Shown: positions 50,785 through 62,008 of the stretch, piece by piece | Numbering within the stretch: the first letter of the stretch is position 1 | How the letters are laid out: each line of letters begins with the position of its first letter | Assembly (NCBI GenBank): GCA_002269645.1 | Contig: NIVC01002661.1 | Location: forward strand, 1 to 64,000 | DNA length: 64,000 bases | From: Macrostomum lignano | Taxonomy: Eukaryota | Direction: 5' to 3' | The notes under the pieces: model-generated | Databases searched by the model: none | Seen by the model: only the letters and a program-made list of their open reading frames with translations | Told to the model about the DNA's origin: nothing | Program-made: the position numbers and the translations under genes

Positions 50785-53700
50785 CTATGGACGGAGGGTT
50801 GGCGCCGCCCAGGGAGGTCCCCCAGTGTCGCCAGCAGCTATGGTGCTCTCTGGAAAGGAGAGTTCAGCCCTGCGGGTGGCCCGAAGGTAGCGCATGAGCT
50901 GATTAAAGTTTTCGGGTTTGCACGCTTCAGTAATAGATGTGTGTGGCCCGAGGTAAGTGAGTCTGGCCCGCGTGAAGGCGGGACAGATGCTGACGAAATG
51001 CTCAGCGGTTTCGTCACCTGAGTTGCAGAAGCTACAGGTGGCGTTGGTGGCGTTGCCCTGCAGGTGCTGGTGCCTGGAGAAGCAGCCGTGACCAGAGAGG
51101 GTCATGGTGGCAGCCCGGATGTCTCTGCGCGAGAGGCGCAAGAGGAGCTTCCGGAGCTGGTGAGAGGGCTGAGGGACAGCGCCTCTGGATTGCCTGCAGT
51201 TCGTGCGGTTCGCCCAAGTCGATCGGTGCTGAGTCCTGATCCACGCTTTGATGCGCGAGTCGATGACACAGCCAGGAATCGGGACAAGAGGTTCGGGGCC
51301 GAGAGAGGAGCCGGAGGCACCAACTTTTGCAAGGGTGTCAGCCAACTCATTTCCTCGGATCCCCACATGCCCCGGAACCCACTTAAGGGTAATTTTGTTG
51401 GCGGAACCCAACACATTGAGGAGTTTGATACAGTCAAGGACTGTAGCAGAGTTGGTGCTGCAGCCACTGATGGCGTGCAAGGCAGCTTGGCTGTCCGAAT
51501 GGAAAATGATGTTCTTACCAGTAACGCCAGTGGCGAGAAGCTCTGCAGTGCAGGAGCTGATGGCCAGAACTTCATTTTGGAAAACACTGGAGTTGACCCC
51601 AGTGTATTGAGCGTGGGTAGCGATGACCCTCCCGTTCAGAAAGATTCCAACACCAAAGCCGGTGTTGGCTGACTGCTTAGAACCGTCGGTGTAGCAATGA
51701 AGCTCACCAGGGTTCCAATGGTCATTGATGTTATCGCGCGAGTCGATAGCTACGGAGTAGCGCTGTCTCAGGTTGAGCGTTGAGGCAATGCCATCGGTGA
51801 AGACGCGATTGGCCTGACACTCGTTGAGAAAGTTGAGGCACAGATCGCTATGCGGGACAAGGTTCCGCTTAGCAGGTGCTCTCATGTAAATGAATTTGAC
51901 GCCGGCATCAATTAGACGCCGCGTCGTTCTAGCCGCCTCACCCCTGATGAAGAGGTCAAGAGGCGGAAGATTAAGGAAGGCCCCCATGCCAGCAAAGGGC
52001 GTGGACCTGGTGGCGTTGCAGATGAGCCTACACGCTCTGCCTTGGATCGTGTTGAGCAGGTCTGCATGGCTTTTGACCTGGGTAGCGCTAACCCAGACAA
52101 CAGAGGCGTACGTAATGGCAGGTCTAACTACGGAAGTATAGATCCACCAAAGCCGCTTTGGGGATAGACCCCAAGAAGTGCCAAGTGCTCGTCGGAGCTG
52201 GGCCAGGATGGCTGAGGCACGCTTGGCTTTTGCTTTCACGTGGAGGACCAGTTGAGCCGGTGGTCAAGTATGACCCCGAGACATCTGGTCTGGTGCGCGA
52301 AGGCAATATCTCTGCCGTAGAGCTGCAGAGGACGTATGTTCCAGCGTAGTCTGCTGGTAAACATAATGGCAACGGTTTTGGGCTCAGAGAGTTCCAGACC
52401 ATTGTCATTGGCCCAGGATTCTGCTTTGCGGATAAAGCTCTGCATCAGATCCCTGAGCGTGCTGGGAGACGGTCCTGCCACAATGGCCGTGACGTCATCA
52501 GCATACCCGACTTTGAAGACGGGGTCGGGTCGGGAGTCACTCAAAAGAGCGTCCATGACCAGGTTCCAGAGCGTCGGGGTGAGGACTCCGCCTTGGGGTC
52601 CACCCTTACAGACTCTGGTGGAGGCAGTTTGCCCAAGAAGTTGGGCAGTGACCGTACGGTTGGAGATCATGTACATGATCCACCGTATGAGGGTAGCATG
52701 AGCTTTGCGATTTTGAAGGGCCCTCTGAAACGCTTCAAAGATAACGTTGTCGAAGGCGCCAACAATGTCAAGAAAGAGAGCCAGAGCGTAACCGTCACCC
52801 AGTACCGCCCTTTCAATCTTCTCGACAATCGCATGCAGGGCGCTGTCAGTCGACCTCCCGGTACGGAAGGCGTGCTGATTATTGCTGAGGGGCATCGCTG
52901 TCAGCTCGCAGGACAGCAGCCGCCAGAGAATAAGCCTCTCAGTGAGCTTAAGCATTGCTGACGTTAAGCTAATAGGCCGGAAGGCCTTGACGCTTTGGTA
53001 GTCACCCTTCCCAGGTTTGGGAATAAAGACTACCCGAGCTTCAGTCCAGCATTTGGGAACGTATCCCAGCTGGATAGAGGCCCGCATAAGATTGCGGGTG
53101 AGTCTCAGGAACGAGGGTATCTTGGCTGCTTCACGAAGGAGAACAGGGTAGATACCATCAGGTCCAGGAGATTTGAAGGTTTGAAGGTTCTGACCGCACG
53201 AGCGATTAGGTCTTCAGTGACAATGCCCGCCGCTAGGGTGGCTCCATCCATCGAATGGTTGGGCTCCGGTCTAGCAGTAGGTACCCTCGGGAAGAATGTG
53301 CTAAGCATATGCTGAAGCACTTCTTCAGGGTCTTTAGTAAGAGAGCCATCATCTTTTTTGATCATGGCTAATTTGGACATTTTGTCCATTGTAAGGGCCT
53401 TGACAAGCCTAGAAGTAGGTCTGTCTTGATCCAATTCATTGCAGAATTGGCGCCACTTACATTCCTTGGCCTTGCGCACTTCAGATTTGAAATTGCGGGA
53501 GGCTTGCCGGAAAAGCTCCATGTCCTCCGAGTTTCCGGTCTTCATGGCACGGCGATGAAGGCTTTTTGCCTTCCGCCTGAGTTTCCCCAGCTCCGGGTTC
53601 CACCACGGCGCCGAGGTCTTGCCTTTGTAGGCGCGAGCAGGACAAGCCGCTTCGTAGGCTTCAATATGCAACCTGTCAGCGTCTCAGCCATATGATCCAC

Positions 53701-54519
53701 ATCCTCGCAGGTCTCAATCGGACGTAAGTCCGTGAGTTCCTGCAGGTGCAGATCAAGGGCAGCCTTGTAGGCCGCCCAATCAGTGTTGCGGATATTGCGT
53801 CTCCAAGTGATCGGAGACTGGGTTTTAGTGTCCGCGATGTTAAAGGCGATAAAGCAGTGGTCAGACAGGGAGGGCTCCTCAGACCAGACTCTCCACTCCT
53901 CAACTCTGTCAAAGAGTCTTGGGGTAACGAGTGTGGCGTCAGGACCTCGGTCCATCTGCCATTATTAAAGGTAGGAGTGCTGCCGCGGTTGCAGAGCATG
54001 AGGTTTGTGTTAGAGATGAGGGCCAGAAGCTCCTCTCCTCTAGTGTTGGTATCTTTGCTGCCCCAGTGCTTGTGGTGCGCGTTGAGGTCGCCCCCTAAGC
54101 ACAGCTCAGCGTTCTGGGACTCGCAGTACTGCGCGAGGCGCAGTAAACTCTCAGGAGCAGGGTCTCTGTCGCCTGGGATATAAACCGAGGCAACAAGACA
54201 CGTACGCGGAGAGAAATGATTAGATTGGATGACGCAAAGGTCTCCATCAGAGAGATCAGTCCTCAGCCAAGCCTGGAGATGGCTAGCAGCGAGGATAGCC
54301 GCTCTAGGGCGGCTGTTCCCCGGGCCACACACAAAAATCAGAGTAGCCAGAGGGAATGTTGGGCAACTTACCGTTGCGCATCCAGGGTTCCTGGATCAGG
54401 ATGAGGCCTGGCCTGTACAGCTCAGCAATCTTCATCAGATTTACTGACGCAGATACGCAATGCTGTAAATTAATTTGCAGACAGAATGTCGCTCCTTTGG
54501 CAGCGTGGAGCTTAGTCAT
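50785..54519 (-). CDS. LINE ORF2 (apurinic endonuclease, RT, RNase H, C-terminal Zn knuckle), split by 5 apparent frameshifts
   Basis: QINLQH, LIQEPW, GGDLNAH..WGS, SDHCFI (APE); PKPGKGDY..FRPISL, GGPQGGVLTPTLWN, GYADD (RT); CYTDGSK, FQNEVLAI, HSDSQAAL, KWVPGHVGIRGNELAD (RNase H). Shifts near 54320, 53940, 53670, 53175 and 52245. Confidence 0.9.
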
Positions 54520-54542
54520 ACTGTATTAAATGCAATTTCTGG

Positions 54543-56120
54543 CTAGAGCCCAGGGCCATCAAGGAGACTTGGACAACAGATCGTCCTCGTCCCAGGCCGC
54601 TGGGGCTTGACTGGGAGATGGGAGTTGGTCGACGTCCATGGCCTCCTCACCCCCACCGGCCCCCCAGCAGAGTCCTCAGGCTCCGATGACAGGATGGAGG
54701 AAGCTTCCTCACCTGCATCTTTACCTTCAGACCCCACCAGGGTGGCCGAGGAGAGCTCGGATTCCGAAGACCCGGCCTCGTCCTCAACTCCTTCTCCGAC
54801 TGGCAGGTTTGGTTCCCGGGGCTTGGCCGGAGCCGTTACCGCGGTCGCCGAACTGCTGCTAGCAGAGGGGCGAGATGCAGCTTTGGCTTTGGGATCGGCT
54901 TGCGCCTTTCCTTGGGCCTTAGACTGCGCCCCGCTCTTGCCGGAGATGCCGGGGTTGGCAGTAGCCTTCCCTTTGGCAGACTTTCCTCGGCGCATCTTGA
55001 GCTTGAGGGCACCCAGCTGGAAAGAGGATCCATTAGGGTACCGACTCGCCCAAGTGCTGGAAAGGCCGAGGACAATTGAGTTGCCCGTCTCCCCCCTGCG
55101 GACTTTACGGTGATACACCAGTCCACTAGCAGGGAGGTCGGGGTTCAGACGCAGTAGGACCCGGCGAATAACGTCTGGTCCAGCTGCGGTGCTCTTAGCA
55201 GGGACGAAAACCACATAGGGTATCGTCTTTGGACGCTGGCCCTCGCGAAGAAAAAGAGCTCCGCCAAGGTCAGCATCCAAGGAGACCGTCGGTAGCCGCT
55301 GGAGCAGCTGCCGAGCGTCCTCCTCGCTGCTAGGAGCAATAAGAACGAATGTGCTTCGCAGCACCATCCGCTCAATGCCGATGGAGATTCCCTCCTCGAC
55401 AGTCAGCTCAATCAGATAGGAGTCAACAGCACTCCACACTTTTTGAAGCTGATCAGTGGTCCAGTCCTGGTCGCGACCTTGGATGATCACTCCCGGGATT
55501 TTGGCCTTGGCCTTCGCCGCAAAGGTAGCTCCCGAAGGAACCTCCTTGTTGGCAGTGGCCATTTGTTGCGCCGTGGTTTCGGCCTCAGCAGCCGCGGCAG
55601 CAGCTCCAGGGAGCGCCGCCGCTGAACTACTGGAGCTTCCACCGGCCGGCCCGCCTGGTTGCCTTGGGACTCCAGTCGCTTCAGCATCCATGGTGGACGC
55701 CGCCGCTTTGGCCCCCGCAGCTCCCTTCTTGGCCTGCCTTTTGGCGCGTTGTTTAGCGCGTTTGCGCTCAAGCCGAGCCCGCTGAGCTTCATCGGATCTG
55801 CCAGATTTGGCCGGTCCTTTAGGCTCAGAGCTCGCGGTTCCCTTAGATCCACCAGCGGAGCTGGCAGGTCCTTGGGTATTTTGAGTTTGGTAGCTCTGGT
55901 CGGATCTGCCAGCAGAGCCAGCCGGTCCTTCCTTTGCCACAGTTGAATCAGTCGGTTGGGATCTGCCAGCAGGGCCGGCCGGTCCTTCGGACTGAGGTTG
56001 GGGTTTAGAAGGGTCCCCGTCCCTAGAGATAGCTTGATTATCCATAGACGGCTCGAAGGCCATGATAAAAGGTTGGTGGGCTACCCTCAAAGGGGCGCGG
56101 TACCCACCCGGCCGCTCCAC
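54543..56120 (-). CDS. LINE ORF1 (gag-like; basic coiled segment, DUF4780-like region)
   Basis: 525-aa ORF directly upstream of ORF2; RARLERKRAKQRAKRQAKK. Probable homopolymer frameshift near 54660 (the alternative C-terminus is EEAMDVD..DEDDLLSKSP*). Confidence 0.8.
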   Translation of the reverse strand: MERPGGYRAPLRVAHQPFIMAFEPSMDNQAISRDGDPSKPQPQSEGPAGPAGRSQPTDSTVAKEGPAGSAGRSDQSYQTQNTQGPASSAGGSKGTASSEPKGPAKSGRSDEAQRARLERKRAKQRAKRQAKKGAAGAKAAASTMDAEATGVPRQPGGPAGGSSSSSAAALPGAAAAAAEAETTAQQMATANKEVPSGATFAAKAKAKIPGVIIQGRDQDWTTDQLQKVWSAVDSYLIELTVEEGISIGIERMVLRSTFVLIAPSSEEDARQLLQRLPTVSLDADLGGALFLREGQRPKTIPYVVFVPAKSTAAGPDVIRRVLLRLNPDLPASGLVYHRKVRRGETGNSIVLGLSSTWASRYPNGSSFQLGALKLKMRRGKSAKGKATANPGISGKSGAQSKAQGKAQADPKAKAASRPSASSSSATAVTAPAKPREPNLPVGEGVEDEAGSSESELSSATLVGSEGKDAGEEASSILSSEPEDSAGGPVGVRRPWTSTNSHLPVKPQRPGTRTICCPSLLDGPGL

Positions 56121-57273
56121 CTGACCGGGCAGTAGGCCAATAGCACCCTCAAGGCTGGCCCGACACCAGGAGGGGGACCGCTTGCGACCGGACTACTCCC
56201 CGGCCTTCCAGCCCATCGGCACGGTCAACACCTTAGGCATTAGAGAGTACGTTGAGCAGTACCACGGCCTGCAGGTTGGCGAGCCAGACCCGCATACCCA
56301 AATTCGGCCGAAGCCACTGGATAGGGTCGCCAGCGCCGGAGCCCAGTCTGTCCAGCAGCCCTAGGGACTGCCTTGAACACACGCGGGGACGAGTACCCTG
56401 GGTCGACTTGCGAGACAGCGTGGGGGGGGGTCTGCGGCTGCCAGAGGCAAATAGAGGGTGCAGACCTCCCACCAGCCTTGACCTGCTGAAGATAGGGGCA
56501 GGCGTAAAGCATCGCAGACCTTAGCCCATGGGCCTAGTCTGTCTCATACTTCACTGGCATGCTGAATACGCCTTCGCGTGCAATAAATAAGCTACTTGTT
56601 TTATGTTATACTTACAGTATTTTTCATTTAAGATTTTGCTTATTATATGCTACTTTTTTACTTTTAACTTCCTTGGATGATCTGTGTCAGCTGAAAATAT
56701 AGAATAGTAAAGACAGTGTATTATAAAGTCTGTACAAGAAGAAAGTGCAAAATTCCTATATTTTTATGTTAACTTTCATGGATTATCACTTATCAATGAT
56801 TGTCAATTAACTTTCAGTCAATTTAACAAAATTAAGAGTTAATAAGTTAAGATTTTTTGTTTTAATGCTAATGCTTTTGTCATTAATGGAAGTTAAGATT
56901 TCTATTAAGGTGCCTAATACTAGTACCTATTAAAGTAATATAATTTCTAATAGTGTGGTAGGCATAATTATTTTTTGGCAAAAAGTAGTTAATACCTATA
57001 TTGACAACAAAAATTTCAATAATATCAAGCTAAAATTAGACTTTAACTTTGTTTATTAACTTTAATATATTTATAAACTTTGGTTGGGTCATAAATGACA
57101 TAGTCATACTTTTGCTATGCTGTTGCTCAATGCTCGTAAAAGCAGGCTATTTGTGCTGCCACTGCACACCAATTCTTTTCCTATAAGTTTTCTTACACAG
57201 CACTTTGAGCAAGTCTTGAGCACCTAGGCGCAGTTATCAGCAGCTGCAGTCGCGCACAAACTTCCAGCAGGAC

Positions 57274-58227
57274 ATGCCCGGAACTGGCAGCAGCCGCAAG
57301 CTGGACACTGATCTGGCCGCTAAGCTGGCCCGACGGCTGATGCGCTGCGAGGGCCGGTCTTGTCGGCACGCTTCAACCACCGACAGCGAAGGCGACGAAG
57401 ACCACATTGATGCGCAGATCCGACGCCGGCAGCGCCAGGACGGCGGCGGCATCAGCCTCTGTCCGCAGTTGGCGCTGAAGCTGGCCAGCCGGCTGGAGAA
57501 GTCCGAGTCCTGCGATAGCGGCGTCTCCGTGGCCTCGTCCTCCTTCTGTTTGACGGCCGCGCCAGCGCCGGCCAGCAGCCTCTGCGACGCCGACGCCAGC
57601 CGGTCGCTGCCGGTTAGCCGGCGCGGCTCCCTGGAGGCCGAGTTTCCCTCCCTGCCACGGCGGGAGCTGCTGCGCCTGCGCGACCTCTTCTCCGCTCAGG
57701 CCGCCGACGCCGCCGCGAAAACCGACGCCGGCATCAGCAGAGTCAGCGAGCCACGCCTGCCGCCTGAGGCCGTCGGCCGCCTGTTGGAGCAGCTGGGCAC
57801 GCCGCTGACCCACCTGACGCTGCGCTCCGCCATGCGCGACCTGGACGCGGCCGGACCGGACGGCCGGATCGGCTTTCGTGGCTTCCTGGCGCTGCTCGGC
57901 CGGGCTCGCGCGGTCGCTGCTGCCGCCGTCGCCGCCGCCGCGGCTGCTTCCGCCGCATCAGCTGACAGCGAAGAGGACGGCCTGATGCCGGCGTGGATCG
58001 ATGCCAGCGCCGAGGTGACCTCCGTGCCCGTTGAAGAGGTTGGCGTCCTGGAGGCGCGCAACTTCTTCGAGTCGCAGATCGCCGTTCTGCAGCAGCGCGC
58101 CAGCCGGCCGGCCGCTGCTCCGGCTGCCGCAGCGCGCTCTTTGTCTAGCAGCGAGGGGGCCCGGCGCCGGTTGTCTCCGCTGGCTGGCGCTCGCGACCAG
58201 GCGTCAGGGCCGAAGCCGGTTGATTAA
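57274..58227 (+). CDS. EFHD2: EFHD1/EFHD2 (swiprosin)-like protein with degenerate EF hands, intronless
   Basis: EFPSLPRRELLRLRDLF ~ EFKEFSRKQIKDMEKMF; LLEQLGTPLTHLTLRSAMRDLD ~ MMEKLGAPQTHLGLKNMIKEVD; IGFRGFL ~ LSFREFL; EEVGVLEARNFFESQI ~ SEGVKGAKSFFEAKV (comparison from memory). Orthology not established. Confidence 0.7.
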   Translation: MPGTGSSRKLDTDLAAKLARRLMRCEGRSCRHASTTDSEGDEDHIDAQIRRRQRQDGGGISLCPQLALKLASRLEKSESCDSGVSVASSSFCLTAAPAPASSLCDADASRSLPVSRRGSLEAEFPSLPRRELLRLRDLFSAQAADAAAKTDAGISRVSEPRLPPEAVGRLLEQLGTPLTHLTLRSAMRDLDAAGPDGRIGFRGFLALLGRARAVAAAAVAAAAAASAASADSEEDGLMPAWIDASAEVTSVPVEEVGVLEARNFFESQIAVLQQRASRPAAAPAAAARSLSSSEGARRRLSPLAGARDQASGPKPVD

Positions 58228-58323
58228 TGGATGGGAGCATAGATGAAGGAATTAGTGGATTGCTCAACTCACGGTTCTCGGTGGGCTCAAGCGAGGGGTG
58301 TGTTTCATAACCTCGATATTTCA

Positions 58324-59055
58324 CAAGCTCCAATCTCCACAAGCTCCAAACTCCACAAGCTCCAATCTCCACAAGCTCCAAACTCCACAAGCTCCAATCT
58401 CCACAAGCTCCAAACTCCACAAGCTCCAAACTCCACAAGCTCCAAACTCCACAAGCTCCAAACTCCACAAGCTCCAAACTCCACAAGCTCCAATCTCCAC
58501 AAGCTCCAAACTCCACAAGCTCCAATCTCCACAAGCTCCAAACTCCACAAGCTCCAAACTCTACAAGCTCCAAACTCCACAAGCTCCAATCTCCACAAGC
58601 TCCAAACTCCACAAGCTCCAAACTCCACAAGCTCCAATCTCCACAAGCTCCAAACTCCACAAGCTCCAATCTCCACAAGCTCCAAACTCCACAAGCTCCA
58701 AACTCCACAAGCTCCAATCTCCACAAGCTCCAAACTCCACAAACTCCAAACTCCACAAGCTCCAAACTCCACAAGCTCCAAACTCCACAAGCTCCAAACT
58801 CCACAAGCTCCAAACTCCACAAGCTCCAATCTCCACAAGCTCCAAACTCCACAAGCTCCAATCTCCACAAGCTCCAAACTCCACAAGCTCCAAACTCCAC
58901 AAGCTCCAAACTCCACAAGCTCCAATCTCCACAAGCTCCAAACTCCACAAGCTCCAAACTCCACAAGCTCCAAACTCCACAAGCTCCAAACTCCACAAGC
59001 TCCAATCTCCACAAGCTCCAAACTCCACAAGCTCCAAACTCCACAAGCTCCAAAC
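58324..59055. repeat. 16-bp minisatellite (CTCCACAAGCTCCAA(A/T))n
   Basis: Direct inspection. Confidence 0.97.
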
Positions 59056-60775
59056 TTCAGAAGCTCCTGTAGTGTGAGCATCTTTGCGTGTATTTTGTTG
59101 TAAATTGACTGCATTAGTTTCTATATTGTTATTGAATTGTTATTTTGCTTTAGTTAGTCATACGTTTTTTTGTGTACTTTTTCCTTGTTAGTTAGAATCT
59201 AAAATTGTAAACAGGTTAGAGTTAGACGCCGTTTGTGACTCAGCGGAGGGTTGAGTTTGTCTGCGAACCCCAGCTTTGCGCGGTCAGCCAATCAGAACCG
59301 GCCTGGACCCTGGCACGCGGCAAGTTTCAGTTCTACCCGGCGCCGCGGGCACAGTTCAATTCGGCTTAAGCAAGCGGCCGGCCAGACGACCACCACCCGG
59401 CTTGAGGGGGGTTTTGAGGGGTTGTGACTCTGGCTATATATGAAAGTGTGTTTTGGCAATCGGATCTCGCTTCTCTCTCCTTTTCCCGGTTTGTCTTGTC
59501 CAGTTCCCGGCCGGTGGCCCGATTTTTCCCTCCTCTTGTTGGTTCGCGCTTTGAGGCGTTTTGATTCTATCACCCCCGGTCCATTTCTTTGTCCCCGCCC
59601 AACCGCAGTAGTCTTGTGGCGTAACGTCTACGGCATTCCTGTCTGAAGTCGTCGCTATCAAGCGCGGTTAGATAGAGACTGTCGGATCTGATCAAGTACG
59701 CGGCCTCGACCCCGAGGGCCTCAGTGTTACACTGAAGGGCAGTGCCGATAGAATTTAGTCGGTACTCCGTTGAACGGTCGATTCGGCAGGGCTCTCGTTT
59801 GAGAGTAGGTTCTGGTTTAGGCCAGGGGTTAGGAGTCTTCTCCGTGGTCCTGTGTTCGGTGCCTTCTTCTTCTTCAGCTGAGATCCGCTTGTCAGTGCGT
59901 ATATAATCATTATTTATTAACCGTTATTGTCGTTTTGTCAACTCTAGTTATCTGCGTCGTTTGTCTAAATCTTGTAACTCAGCTAATCAAATTAAACCGT
60001 CAATCAAGTTAGTTGTTCTTGAAATAGGATTATCACTCTCTAAATCTTTCGGTTTGTGTTCCCTCGTGTTCTTTATTTTCTTGTACTGTACCTGCGGCTA
60101 TTGGAGAAAGACTGGTAGGACTCGCCGACCGGCGATAGGCGATTAGGATTAATAGCTTTAAAATCTTCGAACGCTCCAAGTAGGTTTGTCTAGGGCCTAA
60201 ATAATTTCTCACCGTGCATGCTATTTATCTAATTGCCTATTTATCACAAGTGGAGCCCCTGGGAATCCAATAGTTAGCAGGCGGCAGTTTATTGGTAGGC
60301 GCTCTAAGTGAGCAAGCTTAGACTAAAATTCAACGAGTCTGTTCCAGGCTCGTAGCGGCTATTTCGTCAACCACGCAGTGTGCAGCAACTCCGCATTAGG
60401 TGTGGTTTTGCGGTTGGCCAGTTACCCCAAAATACTGAATAGGATTTAGGAGTGGGAAAAATAAAATTGACCTTCTAAAACTAAAATTAGCACTTTAATA
60501 GAAACTTGCGTGTGAAAGTAGATTTTGTTTACAGTTGAAAATTTTATTAGTGTTTACCAGCATAGTCTGCGAGTGCGCGCACTAGAGAGTACATTGGTTG
60601 AATTTGTCTCAGTGTACATTCAGTTTTTCTTATCAGTTATTGCCAGTGCGAGCGAGGCGACCGATTCCGCTCAGTAGATAAAATAGAAAGCTAGATTATT
60701 GAAATTGTTATAGCTTTACAAGTTGTACTTTCTGAAGTTGCAGTAATAGAAATTCCAATTGGTTGAAACTTAGCA

Positions 60776-62008
60776 ATGGCGCAAGACGGAGAAAATAGTC
60801 AGGAATCGAAGTCAGTTGAGATTAGGAACGAAGGCGAAATAGATGAGGCCGAACATTTGAGAACAGTAGTGAGAGAACTGCAGGATCGCATAAGAAGAAT
60901 GGAAACCGAAAATCCCGAACCTAGAGTGATTTTGAAGTCGCATAACAGCGTAGCAAAGCCCAAGCCATACCGACTTGGCTCAGATTTCGAATTGTTTCTA
61001 AGAATCTTCAACAACTACTGTCAAGGCAACAGTATAGACGAATCGGCTAAAGTGTATCAACTATTGTCGCTCCTAGACGAAGACGCCTACAAGGTTTACA
61101 TTAACTTAGGCCTAGCGAGCACCGAATCATTTGAAAGCATCGAAAAGACTTTAAAGGACAAATTTAAGCCCGTAGGACAGAAGGAAGAAGCGAAGCTAGA
61201 GCTGATGAACCGTAAGCAGAAGGAAGACGAATCATTAGAAGAATTTTACGACTCACTAGTTGAATTAGTTAGGAAAGCAGGACTAGAGAGTCAGGCTAGA
61301 GAGCGAGTTTCTGAACGATTTGAAGCCGGCATAGCAAATTATAAAGTCAGGCGCGCAGTTATTGCCTATCGCAGAACGCATGAATCGAAATACCAGACGC
61401 AAGATTTACTGACTGCAGCAAAGAACGAGGAGATCCTCGAAGAACTCGCAAACCCAGGCAGTCAAAAGAATAGGAGGAAGCAGGAGGGCTCAAATACTTT
61501 GACAGCTCAAGTAGAAAAAGAGCAGAAAAAGCCAGCACCCAGCGCGGGGCAGGGCCACCAGTCATTTGGACCTCAGTTTGCTTCCCCAGCCAATTATCCT
61601 TCGCAGTACCAACCGTACCAGAATTATCAGCCTCAGTTCGACTACAGGCAATGGCAACCTAGGTTCGCCCATAGACAAATGAACCCAAGCTATAGGCCAC
61701 AGGCACCAGTGCAGCCTCCGAATAGCTTTCGGCCACAGCATCATATGAGCAGTTACTCGAGACCCTATAATAGGCAGTCTTCGCCATTTGTCAGGCCCGC
61801 CATGACACGCCCGTCACGCTTTGGTCACGAGGCCGGAGGGGCCAATGACAGGTTCAAACCTTCGGGGGCGAACGCGCCAAATGCGAGAAAGGCCTGTTAT
61901 GAGTGCGGCGAAGAAACTCACCTGGCTAGAGACTGCCCAGTTAGACGAAATTCTTTAAACTACCGACGGGGCGGCACCAAGGGAGGGCCAACCGCCCCCA
62001 GCCACTAA
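60776..62008 (+). CDS. Gypsy Gag with a CCHC zinc knuckle
   Basis: 410-aa ORF; capsid-like FELFL..QLLSLL..AY..RKQKEDESLEEFYDSL; CYECGEETHLARDC. Confidence 0.92.
   Translation: MAQDGENSQESKSVEIRNEGEIDEAEHLRTVVRELQDRIRRMETENPEPRVILKSHNSVAKPKPYRLGSDFELFLRIFNNYCQGNSIDESAKVYQLLSLLDEDAYKVYINLGLASTESFESIEKTLKDKFKPVGQKEEAKLELMNRKQKEDESLEEFYDSLVELVRKAGLESQARERVSERFEAGIANYKVRRAVIAYRRTHESKYQTQDLLTAAKNEEILEELANPGSQKNRRKQEGSNTLTAQVEKEQKKPAPSAGQGHQSFGPQFASPANYPSQYQPYQNYQPQFDYRQWQPRFAHRQMNPSYRPQAPVQPPNSFRPQHHMSSYSRPYNRQSSPFVRPAMTRPSRFGHEAGGANDRFKPSGANAPNARKACYECGEETHLARDCPVRRNSLNYRRGGTKGGPTAPSH

Larger units (their letters stand above)
50693..56581 (-). mobile_element. Full-length non-LTR retrotransposon, Loa/I-group (APE-RT-RNase H), 12-bp TSD
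   Basis: TSD AATAAATAAGCT at 50681-50692 and 56582-56593; 3' tail (AAGTC)n; ORF1 and ORF2 as listed separately. Confidence 0.93.

Noticed and set aside
59600-60260. Candidate PBS / LTR end for the gypsy element (TGGCGTAACG at ~59617, TGGTAGGAC at ~60113, TGGAGCCCC at ~60251)
   Set aside because: None convincingly matches a tRNA 3' end I can verify, and the 3' LTR is outside the window.
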